Below are positions 54,206 through 64,000 of a DNA stretch of 64,000 bases, one piece after another. Location: positions 96,001 through 160,000 of the forward strand of contig CAVPRW010000008.1 in NCBI GenBank assembly GCA_963707985.1, given 5' to 3'. Origin of the DNA: an uncultured Nitrospinota bacterium (lineage in GTDB: Bacteria; Tectomicrobia; Entotheonellia; J063; CAVPRW01). The position numbers were made by a program, and so were the translations under genes. Every line of letters starts with the position of its first letter. The stretch's first letter is position 1. The notes below the pieces were generated by a model that saw nothing but the letters and a program-made list of their open reading frames with translations, did no database searches and was not told the origin of the DNA.

Positions 54206-54459
54206 CGACATCAAGGCGCGCAGCGCCGTCAAAGCTCTGGGACAGTGTAGGGGTCACCTCACGAAACGAACTTTAAAGTACGCTAACGAAGAGCGTGCCG
54301 TGCCAGACAAGCATTTGCGACTAGAGGCAGTAGAAGTCTATCCAGTTGAGGTACGCTTCAACTGGACGTCAGGACGCAGTACAAAACGCGTCAGAATAGG
54401 GCCGAATTTGGCTTTTTCTGACGGTCTATCAGCCAATCCATAGACTTCAAGCTGACAGG

Positions 54460-54849
54460 ATTCGCTGCTAGCGTACGATTCTTTCCGTTTCGTGAGGCGA
54501 TCGCCTATACGCAGATTTGCAAAATAAGGGCGTACGCTGCTGGTTTGCCCCACACGATATCCAGCTGCTAATCCTCTCATCCCACAGCATGACGAGTGAG
54601 TGGGTGAAAACCGAGATTGCAACGGCTAGGCAGCATGAGGTACAGGAACAACGGCAGATCCTATTCCCTGTACGCCTGGTCTCATTCGACGCCATACGCG
54701 ATTGGAAATACTTTGATGGGGATATAGGGAAAGATTCGGCGCGTGAGATTCGCGAATATTTCATCCCCGACTTTCGCAATTGGAAGGACTATGATGCGTA
54801 TCAGTTGGCATTTCAGCGACTACTCCAGGACCTGAAGGCGAATATTTGA
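54460..54849 (+). pseudogene. TIR-domain fragment with internal deletion
   Basis: RLYADLQNKGVRCWFAPHD..LLILSSHSMTSEWVKTEI..LFPVRL..EIREYFIPDF; N-terminus and central segment missing. Confidence 0.75.
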
Positions 54850-54920
54850 CAGACGCCCGGAAGGGAAACATCAGCGGCCGTCGGTTTTCGAGGGGCGATT
54901 GAGCCCGTCAGGAGGGACAC

Positions 54921-55181
54921 ATGGAGCAGCAAGAGGCCTTCGACTTCCCGGATGAACCCAGAGGCCCACCCAGCACCGAACCGACGCGGCCGGGAGGGGT
55001 GACGTCGGAGGGGACCAGTATGTGCCATTACTGCGGTGAGCGCATGCCGTCGTCGCTGCTCGAGAGCACTCCTGCCGTCGGTGATGATCAGCGGTGGGCC
55101 ATGATCACGCCTTATCACAACTTTGGCTGTCGCTGGATCGAGAGCCGCGGTCTGCGGCTCGACGAAGGGAGTACGCCATGA
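54921..55181 (+). CDS. small hypothetical protein (CxxC...H..C)
   Basis: RBS AGGAGG; ATGA overlap with next ORF. Confidence 0.5.
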   Translation: MEQQEAFDFPDEPRGPPSTEPTRPGGVTSEGTSMCHYCGERMPSSLLESTPAVGDDQRWAMITPYHNFGCRWIESRGLRLDEGSTP

Positions 55182-55432
55182 TGCGTTGGTGGATCGGTGT
55201 GTGTCTAGGCCTCGTGTTGTGCACCGTGAGCCCGAGCTCCGCAGATGGCCGACGGGGCTCGCCATTCCCACCGGACGAGCATTGGGAGGGCTATCGCACG
55301 TGGAAGCCCGATCGATCGATGCGGCAGGGGCTGGTCTTCCCCGATCGCTTCACCATCGACAAGCCCGGAAAATGCGAGGTGATTTGTGAGCGGGTTGGCC
55401 GCCAGTATCGCTGTCGCGAATATCGCTGCTAA
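55178..55432 (+). CDS. small secreted Cys-rich hypothetical protein
   Basis: Signal peptide; C-terminal CEVIC...CREYRC. Confidence 0.55.
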   Translation: MMRWWIGVCLGLVLCTVSPSSADGRRGSPFPPDEHWEGYRTWKPDRSMRQGLVFPDRFTIDKPGKCEVICERVGRQYRCREYRC

Positions 55433-55579
55433 GCGATCGCACCGACCTGTCTATTGCGCAGATTCGAGAGGCAGCTCCACAAGATTCTTGGCGATCTTGT
55501 GAAGCCCAAACAACCGCACAAGTGAGCGAGTCTGGGGCTGCCCTTCAGGCAAAGCCCCCAGCGAGCGACGACAGTACGG

Positions 55580-55757
55580 CGGGGGAACGATGGGGGACCG
55601 CCCGAACGATTCCTCTATGAGATATCACGCTCATCGCTTCGGGGGAACGGCGGGGCCTCAACAGGGGCTCTACGGGGGAACGTCGAGACGCACGGGGGAC
55701 CATCTATTTCATTGATAACGAAGGGCGATATGCGAAGGGGAGGGGCCACGGGGGAAC
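55580..55757 (+). repeat. cluster of CGGGGGAAC direct repeats (iteron-like)
   Basis: CGGGGGAAC at 55580, 55640, 55673, 55749; GGGGGACC variants at 55592 and 55694. Confidence 0.65.
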
Positions 55758-55948
55758 TCCCCTGCTTTATCCTGCATATCGTCTTTACCGACATCCGACA
55801 GTGTGTCGTCTGAGTATCTCGTTCTGGCTGTGCCCATCGCCTCGTGGGCGAGTGTCGTGTTCGTCCACAGGCGTTGGGTGCAGCCGTCGACCACGGAAGG
55901 CGGAGCCCGATGGTCATTGATCGGGAGCAGCCATGAAGGACACACCTG

Positions 55949-56176
55949 ATGAATGCTGAGCCGACCGAGCCACCGTTGAACCGCACCCTGTTACAGCTTC
56001 GCATCGCGTTAGCCAATGCCTTAACGGTGACGGATGCCATCCGCCACCTTGGACCGAAGGGAGATGATCTCTTGCCGCACCTCTACACCGAACTCGCGAC
56101 GTTGCACCGTGTAGAGCAGCGTACCCGCACGGTGTTAAGGCGGTATCTTCCACCTGAAGGAGCTTGTCATGAGTAA
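55949..56176 (+). CDS. small hypothetical protein
   Basis: RBS GAAGGA; 75 aa, helical. Confidence 0.4.
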   Translation: MNAEPTEPPLNRTLLQLRIALANALTVTDAIRHLGPKGDDLLPHLYTELATLHRVEQRTRTVLRRYLPPEGACHE

Positions 56177-56329
56177 AGTGACGCCGGTACGCATGCAGCG
56201 AGGGGATATCCCCAACGTCACCAGCTACTAGGAGGTGATATACGACCTTAGTCGCTTTCCGGCGAATCGTGACCATCCCTCATGCCGGTCGACCCCGATC
56301 TGCCACGTAACCGCCACTAACTCAGGTCA

Positions 56330-56463
56330 CCATACCACCTGCCGTCCCAGCCTCACCGATACAGTCTCTGACGGCGCGCGTCACGCACATCCTTGATGGA
56401 GATACCATCGATGTAGAACTCCAGCCGTGGCGTGAACGGGTACAGGTGGATGAGCGTCCATAG
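56330..56463 (+). pseudogene. thermonuclease (SNase-like) fragment
   Basis: ARVTHILDGDTIDV motif, then stop. Confidence 0.5.
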
Positions 56464-56563
56464 GGCTCTGACCTTACCACCTGGAGCCGTGTGCGACAAG
56501 GACTTTTTGCCTCAACCACGTGAACGGTTACGCCATTTTTTACTGTAATGTCGAATTGGAGAG

Positions 56564-57487
56564 CTATGGCTCATCCGTTGCCTTATCTACAGTAGGCGGG
56601 GTGCTGTACCCCAGTCGGAATATGTAAGTCCTCTTGAGAGGAGTGAAAAAGCTAGGGGGAAGCCGGCCCCAAGCTCCGGCCATCAATGGCGCGCGCGCGA
56701 ATGTTTGCGCGAATACCTCGATCAGCTCTCCCCGGAGCTGAGGAGCCGGGACAGGCGTGATGTGGTGAGGAGGCATCTCATCATAGGTACGGCCATCGAG
56801 CTGCCTGCCTGTCTGGCGCTTGTGCACACCACCCCATTGTTTGAAGAAAAACGAGATGTGGGCTTGTATGCACTGGTCGCGGATGGAGGCAACCCACGAT
56901 GGGTGTAGTGGTCGAGCTCCAGGCCCGCTCTCCCCTCCGACGATTACCCAACTGATCCCTGCAAGATCTAATGCGCCGAGCTCCTCAAGAAGCGGCTCAA
57001 TGGAAAGAAATCGTACCGCCGCAGAAGTGGCGCGCAAATGCTCTACACGGCATATTCCGTATTGTCTGTCCTCAACGCTCACACCCCACCAGATATGGGG
57101 TTCATCCGCAAAGATACGCAATGGACCATTGAGCAGGTCACGCATCCGTTCGGAGCGCTTCGTCAGAACCTGGAAGGTGTGCCAATTCGCTAATTTCATG
57201 ACCTGCGCTACGGCTAGAATATAGCTGTCCGGAACCTCTTCATGGAAGAGATCACTCATCGAGTTGACAAACACCCGTTTGGGTGTGGTCCAACGGAGCG
57301 GATCTGCAAGCTTGTCAGGGACAAGGCGCAAGTCGAATCCCTGTTCATAGGGGTGCCCGGGCACCCCACGAAACCGCTCAGCGAAGCTTTCGGCGTAACA
57401 ATGCTTGCAGCCGGGACTAATCTTGGTACAGCCGCGGACGGGGTTCCATGTGGCGTCTGTCCATTCGATTTTTGAGTATGCGCTCAT
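56564..57487 (-). CDS. phage Gp37/Gp68 (DUF5131) family radical-SAM-like protein
   Basis: SKIEWTDATWNPVRGCTKISPGCKHCYA, FVNSMSDLFH, WVIVGGESG, FFFKQWG. Confidence 0.92.
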   Translation of the reverse strand: MSAYSKIEWTDATWNPVRGCTKISPGCKHCYAESFAERFRGVPGHPYEQGFDLRLVPDKLADPLRWTTPKRVFVNSMSDLFHEEVPDSYILAVAQVMKLANWHTFQVLTKRSERMRDLLNGPLRIFADEPHIWWGVSVEDRQYGICRVEHLRATSAAVRFLSIEPLLEELGALDLAGISWVIVGGESGPGARPLHPSWVASIRDQCIQAHISFFFKQWGGVHKRQTGRQLDGRTYDEMPPHHITPVPAPQLRGELIEVFAQTFARAPLMAGAWGRLPPSFFTPLKRTYIFRLGYSTPPTVDKATDEP

Positions 57488-57659
57488 AAAGATTCCCCGT
57501 TCCCTCGGGACCGTCGAAGCGCTGTCCGCGTCTGCTCAAGACCGTGGATGCACAAGAGTCGTGGCAGCCCTATTCGGGGTCGCTGCGTTTATTTGCCAAA
57601 TTTTACGCACATCGCGCTTTACCAGAGGTCAACGGAGAAGGTATCCATTTCTTACAAAA

Positions 57660-58595
57660 CTCGATGGAAAACAAGTGTACCTAACCGGTGCAACTATTAT
57701 TTTTGGAATACTTGCCTATGGCTCTAGCATGGTTAAAGACTTCTTCAGTATTACTCCTACGGCGGTGTCAGTTCCTGGGCCACAGGGGGAATCCATACAA
57801 AAGGCAACTCTCACCGGATTCGAAAAAGAGCTAGCGGACGCTGCAACTGAACACGCAAGCGAAGCAAAGAATTACTTTAAAGCCGCTGAACACGATTTTG
57901 AAGCGAGGCGCTATCGAGATGCCGCGAAAAATGATCAAAAGTCAATCGGGGCACTTCCCACGAGCTCGGCTTACCTGAACCTCGGTGCTTCGCTGTTTTA
58001 TGTTTCGGATTTGCGCCAAGCTGAGGGTGCCATCCATACTGGGCTGCAATTGACCCGCAAGAAGCGCAACAAGGTCCTCGAAGAATCCTTCCTCACCAAC
58101 CTTGGCGACGTCTATCGTCTCCAAGGCAAACTGGATGGAGGATTGAAATGTCACCAAGCAGCACTCGAACTGTCCGCTCGGATTGAATATCCACGAGACC
58201 AAGGCCACGCCTTCGGTGGAATTGGTGACATCTATCTGGAACAGCAACGCCTAGATGAGGCGCTCAAGTCCTACCAGGCTGCACAGAAACTCTATGAGAA
58301 GATGGCTCACTCGCGGGGTCGGTCCAAAGTCCTCACAGCTATCGGCATCATTCACGCGGACCGGGGGCAGCGAGCGGAAGCCCATGCTGCCTATATCTAA
58401 GTTCTGCCGATTGACAAACAGATCGGTAATCGTCTTGCGGAGGCCACCATACTCTTTACCATCGGTCAACTGCATGCAGATAACAATCCCAAGGTGGCCA
58501 GAGATTTTTTCTATCAGGCTTCAGAAACGTTTAAAGCGATCGGCCTGGAGGAACAAGCAAGGGTCGCCTTCGAAAAGCTCAGCAACCTTCCCTAA
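57660..58595 (+). pseudogene. TPR-repeat protein with premature TAA at 58398-58400 and probable 5' truncation
   Basis: AYLNLG, LTNLGDVY, GGIGDIY repeats; the same frame continues (DKQIGNRLAEATIL...) to TAA at 58595. Confidence 0.7.
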
Positions 58596-59273
58596 TAGTG
58601 GTGCACCATCCTTGTTACAGTCCGGGTATGCAGACCCCTCTTTCCATATTTCCTTTGCTTATCCTTGTCCTAGTCGGCCTTCCTCTCAAAAATCCCCTTA
58701 AGGCTCGATTCACGATCTCGGTGAAATCTTCAGCTCTTCAAGTCCCCCACCCTCTTCTCATGCTCCAGCAACACCGCCACGAGAACCTCCTCAAACCTCT
58801 CCGCCCGCCCAAGCTGAATCTCGGCCTGTAGCTGCTGCACCGCACATGCAAACAGCCGATCAAACGCTTCTTGATCCTGATCCTTTTTTGCCACCACGTG
58901 CCTGTACCAAGCTCATCCTCGCTCGTGATGATGCCCCAGCCAACTCAAGAGCACCTGCTCCCACTGTTCCTGAGGACAGGTGAGTAGGTATATCATGGAG
59001 TCCGGTATGCCATAAAGCGCCCGCCACGCTCGCTCCAAAACCTTCTGGTCCTGTTGAAACGTCTGCCAGCCACCCAAATAGTCGAGCGTCGATCCCTGCC
59101 GCTCGGCGGCTTCAACTTGTTGGGTGCAGCCCGCGTCACAAGATCCTTTACACCGGTGCGCATGGAAGCCAACCTTATCCCGCAAACATGGCCACGATCT
59201 TGTTTACATCGGTGGGAAATTGCCCCGACTCATGAGGGCTCGCCCAGTACCGTGACACCGAGTATTGCACACC

Positions 59274-59351
59274 GCCTAACGAATCAAGCTGAGCCGACGC
59301 CAACAGGCCGCGAAGCGGGCTGTTGGCGTCGGCTCCAGCGCCTTGTTGGGC
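59274..59351 (-). mobile_element. integron attC site
   Basis: Minus strand GCCCAAC-AAGGCGCTGGAGCCGACGCCAACAG...CTGTTGGCGTCGGCTCAGC-TTGATTC-GTTAGGC: RYYYAAC...GTTRRRY ends with a long imperfect stem and extrahelical G. Confidence 0.85.
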
Positions 59352-59358
59352 ACGTTTA

Positions 59359-59728
59359 CTATGAGAAAATAAGCGGCAAAGCCGGCCTAAAGTCGCTTTT
59401 ATGCCTCTGGAGTTCTTCACCAAAACCGATTTCCATCAAGTATTCGTTTCCTGGACGTACTCGAAGAAGGCCGGCGTTTGCCACAGCCTTGAGCTCCAAA
59501 GAAATATTGTCCGCATGTGGGCTGGAGATCTCCACTCGCGTGACCTCGCGCAATCCAGCGGCATGCCTTAGCTACTCGGGTTTAACGGCGGGATGCAAAT
59601 CCGGTCTCCGTCCGAACGCAAGATAAAACAGCATCGGTTCGGCAAGCACAGCGACATTCATCGCAATATCGATGCACAATGGCTCAGGCAAATATGTCGG
59701 GCGATATTTCCAAGAGCGAAAGGGGGGA
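59359..59728 (-). pseudogene. gene-cassette ORF (possibly VOC/glyoxalase-like C-terminus), 5'-truncated, with internal TAG
   Basis: PPFRSWKYRPTYLP...EPMLFYL...*LRHAAGLREVTRVEI...DFRPALPL ends 7 bp before attC. Confidence 0.55.
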
Positions 59729-60745
59729 TGGCTTCCCGGTAGTAAACGAGAAATAATGGAACATGTTTGAATGGCATTAAGTTAATCCATATTGGTTATT
59801 GGCTAATGACGTTAACGCGACGGCCTGCCGCGTGATTGCACTTCAAGAGGTACTGATTTCCGTATAGAATCGGACACGCTGCGCTCGTCACGATAGGAGA
59901 TGGGGAATGCCAACGGTGACCAGGATCGTCAAACAGTTTCAACAGGAGTGGACCCGTCAGCTCGACCGGAAGCTATCCGCCGAGCGTGCCTTGACCTCGC
60001 CTATCAATGGCGACGGCGCATGATTGATCAGCGCAGAAACGATGAGCTCTTTGGTCCGTCCACGGTCTTCACTGCAGTACGGCGAGTACCCATCTGCGCC
60101 GTTTCACCCAGTGGGCCGTGACGGCTTCGGCGTATTGCCAGGCCGTAGGAAGCTGCAACTGCGCGGTGTTCAGCAGATGCGGGGGTATCGGGCATCGAAA
60201 AACTTCGAGCCATCGACCCAAAAGGTGCGATGACCCAACCAGCGGCCCTCGTCCAGCGGCTCGTGTTGTAGGCGATCGCTGAGCCCCCGCAGCAACCGCT
60301 GAAATACGCGCAGAGGCAGCTTCATACGGGCCTGACAATATGCCGAAGCCGTCACGGCCAACTTCGCCAGATGTCGCAGATGCGTACAGGCGGTATTGCC
60401 ATGAAGAATCTGGACGAAAAAGAGCTGCATCGTCACCACCGGATCGAGCAGACGCTGTCGCCACAGATAGCCGATATCGCGGCAGGCGCTGCGGATGGCA
60501 TCGGGCTCAAGCTGACGGGTCCAATCTTGCTGAAACTGTTTGACCACATGACTGACGGTTGCCGGCATCGATGATCTCCTATATGGGGATGAAGGGGTGC
60601 CTTACTCCTATAGGAAATCGGAGCCGAATGGAAGACGAATCGTGATGACAACAGCGCAGCGAATGCCAATAGAAACCCCCTTTTATGACTAACTTAATGC
60701 CATTCGAACATGTTTCATTATTTCTCCATCACTACCGGGAAGCCA
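59729..60745. mobile_element. two head-to-head IS4-family transposase relics bounded by 56-bp inverted repeats
   Basis: IRs 59729-59784 and 60690-60745 (51/56 identical); MPTVTRIVKQFQQEW (+, ~59907) and MPATVSHVVKQFQQDW...ASAYCQAR...VDGS (-, 60568). Confidence 0.8.
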
Positions 60746-61031
60746 ACCGCGCGAGAGGAAGCAAACCACGCCAACACCTCCTGAAGTCTTCATCTGAAGT
60801 GGCCCCTATTCCCGCGAATCCTTGCCATCCCCTCATGACCGCGGGAGACGCGATGAAACGCTCCCGTGCTGTCCATCCAACCATACCCTACCTTTTGATA
60901 TTGCTTATGAGCATTTTTGTGGTATACTAATTGTAGTATATATGAATTACGTATAACTGTACGTGTGTACATCTCAGGAGAAACGTGCTGCAGATCATCT
61001 CGCCAACCCCTGTCACTTGGAGGATACACCC

Positions 61032-61665
61032 ATGATCTATGAAGTTCGCACCTATACCCTGCGACCTGGGACCGTGGCCGAATTCGAGGAGCGCTTTGCC
61101 AAACGGCTGCTCCTTGCGAGAGACAACACTCGAAACTCGGGGCCTTCTGGCACACCGAGGTCGGTCCACTCAATCAGGTCATCCACGTCTATCCCTATGA
61201 CGACCTGCAGCAGCGCACGGCCGTACGCGCCGCGCTGGCGAAAGATACCGCTCGGCAGCAGATCCCCGGCGGGAGGGAGTTTGTCGTCGCGCAGGAGGCC
61301 GAGATCATGACTCCGGCGCCGTTTATGCACGCGTTGGGCAGCCGGGACTATGGCACGGGGAACGTGTATGAAATGCGGACATATACCTTTGCCTCCGGGC
61401 GACATCGCCAAGGTGCTGGACGGGTGGGGCAAAGCCATTGAGGCGCGGGAGCAGTTCTCGCCCTCTGGCGGCCTGCTGGACCAGCGAGCTCGGCGGGCTG
61501 AACCAGTTCGTCCACACTTGGGTGTACAAGGACCTCACCGAGCGCGCCCGCGTCCGTGAAGAATCCCGCAAGCCAGGCGGCCAGTGGCCGCCCCAGACCG
61601 GCGTGCGGCCGATCCGGCAGGAAAACAAGCTGCTGATGCCGGCGGCTTTCTCACCCGTGCGGTAG
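61032..61665 (+). pseudogene. NIPSNAP family protein with frameshifts
   Basis: MIYEVRTYTLRPG; FWHTEVGPLNQVIHVYPY; YEMRTY; SELGGLNQFVHTW spread over different frames. Confidence 0.78.
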
Positions 61666-62060
61666 TCGTGCCTGGTGACGATTCCGCGGTGCTGCGCCAC
61701 ATCCCCAGCGATCCCGGCATCCGCATGGCCATCATGATGCTGTCCAGAGACAGGGAGCAGTGACCGAGGCGGGGACCCGGCTCCGGTGAAGCGATGGGGA
61801 TATCTCTCAGATGCGCAGTCGCTGATGTCTCGTGACTCATGGTGAGAAATCTAGAGGAAGGACTCTCACGTTGAACCGCCTGCCTGGTCCAGCCCGGTGG
61901 CGTCCGTGCATCCCTGACGTGATGTCCCGGCGACCCCGGCACGCCTTGAGCGCACGCCGTCATGGTCTGGCATGCCGATTGTTCACGCAGATGTGTATCG
62001 GGGACGCTCCTCACCCGCGTGCCGTCGTCACGGCGGTACGCTGACACGGAGGGACAGACC

Positions 62061-62507
62061 ATGACGACTCGACGCCTGGTGGCGATGCTGATCGCGGTGG
62101 TGGCGGCGGTGGCGTTCGCGCCCTTCGCGGGGGCCGCCCAGTTGGACGATGAGGCGCTGGACGACATGCCCGTCCACGGGCGTATCGCCCCGCATGGGCG
62201 CTTCGTCGGGCACCTGACGATTACTGCCGTGGCCGTCGATGACGCGCGCCACCTCTTCCTGACAGGGGTGCTTCAGGGCACCGCGACCGATCGCACTGGG
62301 GCCACCACTCAGGTGAAGCCTCAGCCCTTCACCGCCCCGGCCACTGTCATGGAGGCTGACCACACGACCGACGTCCTGCTCCTGCAGCTGGGGCCGATGA
62401 CGCTCACCTCCGTGGGGAAACCGGTGACACTCGCGCCGATCCCGCTCGACATCGATGCCGTGCCCGAGGAGGGCCCTCTGCTGGCGTCGCGGCGGCCCAC
62501 GCGCTGA
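62061..62507 (+). CDS. secreted hypothetical protein
   Basis: RBS GGAGG, Sec signal peptide, beta-rich body. Confidence 0.55.
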   Translation: MTTRRLVAMLIAVVAAVAFAPFAGAAQLDDEALDDMPVHGRIAPHGRFVGHLTITAVAVDDARHLFLTGVLQGTATDRTGATTQVKPQPFTAPATVMEADHTTDVLLLQLGPMTLTSVGKPVTLAPIPLDIDAVPEEGPLLASRRPTR

Positions 62508-62840
62508 CGTCGGGAGCGCAGGCGACCGGGAAGACGAAGAGGGCTCCCACAAACCTTTCTCCGCCGCTATCTCCCCACACCAAAACGCCCCAGGCACGTA
62601 TGCCTGGGACCCTTGATCGTTCTTTCTTCCCTCACCAGTTTGGGGTTGCAGGCACAATCGCCGTCATGCCGAGCTCCACATGACGATGATCATCCCAAGT
62701 ACCGGATCATGCCGAGTTCTTCCCTCTCACACCGCTGTCACGCAGGCAAGTCGGCACGGCCCCATACATCCTACTCGGTATGATCCAACCATGCGATCCT
62801 TCTCCTTTTCCAGTCAACCCTTGCGGAAAAGGAGAATCCC

Positions 62841-63880
62841 AGGCTCGAACACGTCTTTATCCGGACGCGCGTGATCGCCCGGTTACGATGTGGCCCACTG
62901 GCGCCATCTCTGGACGACCTCGCCACCTCTCTCCACCACCAAGGATACGCCCCAAGCAGTATTCAGCGCTATCTGCACGCTGGCGATCGGTTTGGTCGGT
63001 GGCTCCAAGGGCAAGGCGATGTTCTCCGTGACATGGATGAAGCCGTCTTACACCGCTAGGTCTCCGGTCGCCAGCGTTACCGTTCCGGCCACCTCCCCAA
63101 AGCGGCCCAGGGCCTCAACCACCTCTGGAGATTCCTCCAACGACACGGTGTGGTGCACCAACAGCATGCTGTGACCCCGAGCGCCCCGCTCGATCAGTGG
63201 CTCACGGAGTACGACGCCTACCTTGCACAGGTCGTTGGCTTAGCCGTGAGTACCCGTCAGTACTAGCGACGTATTGTCAGACGCTTCGTGATCGCGTGCT
63301 TTGGAGCGGAGGCGCCTGTCTGGCAGGCGGTCACCGCGACGATGACGACGGCGTTTGTCCAGCATGAAGCCACCCTATGCCAGGGCTCTGGCCGGAAGTG
63401 ACCGGCGGTGGCAGTCCGCTCCTGTCTGCGGTTTCTGGTGTTCCGAGGTGAGATGCGCCCCGGTTTAGAAGCCGCCGCCCCATCACCACCGCAGTGGCGC
63501 CATGCGGCGCTGCCGTCACGACTGACGCCAGAGGATGTCGAGCGCGTGCTGGCAGTGTACCAAGACGGTACCCCCAGCAGTCTGCACAACCGCGCCATGC
63601 GCATGCTGCTCGCTCGCCTCGGCCTGCGTACGCAGGCCGTGATCTCGCTCTGCCTCGAGGACATCGATTGGGCCGACGGTCGGTTAGACCTGCGTCCCGG
63701 CATTGCAAGCCATATCTTTCGGCATACCGCCGCGTCCCAGATGCTCAACCACGGTGCCAGCTTCACAGAGGTGGCCGACGTCTTGGGTCACCAGTCATGA
63801 CAGACCACAGAGATCTACGCCAAATTGGAGCTGGAGGCTTGGGCGGCAGTCGCCTGGCCGTGGTTCGGAGGTGCCCCATG
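62841..63880 (+). pseudogene. RIT-element RitA-type tyrosine recombinase, degraded
   Basis: GPLAP, QGYA, WRHAALP, LLARLGLR, HIFRHT, ADVLGH..TTEIYAK with several stops and an internal deletion. Confidence 0.78.
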
Positions 63881-64000
63881 CCCGCCAACTTTTTCGATAC
63901 GCCGCTGGTGGCGTATCTGAACCTGCGCGAAGCACTCGGCTTCCAGATGCGCGCCGAGAAAACACTCCTTCCTGACTTTGTGGCATTTGTGAAAGTCCAA
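63878..64000 (+). CDS. RIT-element RitB-type recombinase N-terminus (runs off window)
   Basis: YLNLREALGFQM...LLPDFVAF directly after RitA. Confidence 0.65.
   Translation, partial: MPANFFDTPLVAYLNLREALGFQMRAEKTLLPDFVAFVKVQ

Overview
GC-rich (~60%) bacterial chromosomal segment. The gene content (split cofG/cofH, LLM oxidoreductases, AOR, many decayed IS4 elements) resembles Tectomicrobia/Entotheonella-like bacteria, but this is inference only. Positions 1-38 kb are mostly intact housekeeping and metabolic genes: glnB, a CIRCE-controlled groEL with no adjacent groES, purD/purH, rsmE/prmA, a YcnI/CopD-like copper operon, greA, AOR plus a TPP decarboxylase, an Ltp2/DUF35 pair, cofGH, rluD/lspA and arfB. 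Positions 39-48 kb hold signalling genes: two HisKA_2 kinases, a receiver, and a decayed Rab-like GTPase/OmpA/kinase cluster. smpB is followed by the tmRNA gene (ssrA; tag ANEELALAA), whose T-loop is interrupted by a 263-nt ORF-less group I intron. This intron is the most striking feature and is invisible in the ORF track. Downstream of ssrA (51.4-64 kb) lies a decayed accessory region with IS4 relics, an XRE regulator, a TIR fragment, iteron-like repeats, a DUF5131 gene, an integron attC site with a broken cassette, a 56-bp inverted-repeat-bounded IS pair and a degenerate RIT element. All calls come from motif recognition by eye; no searches were run.
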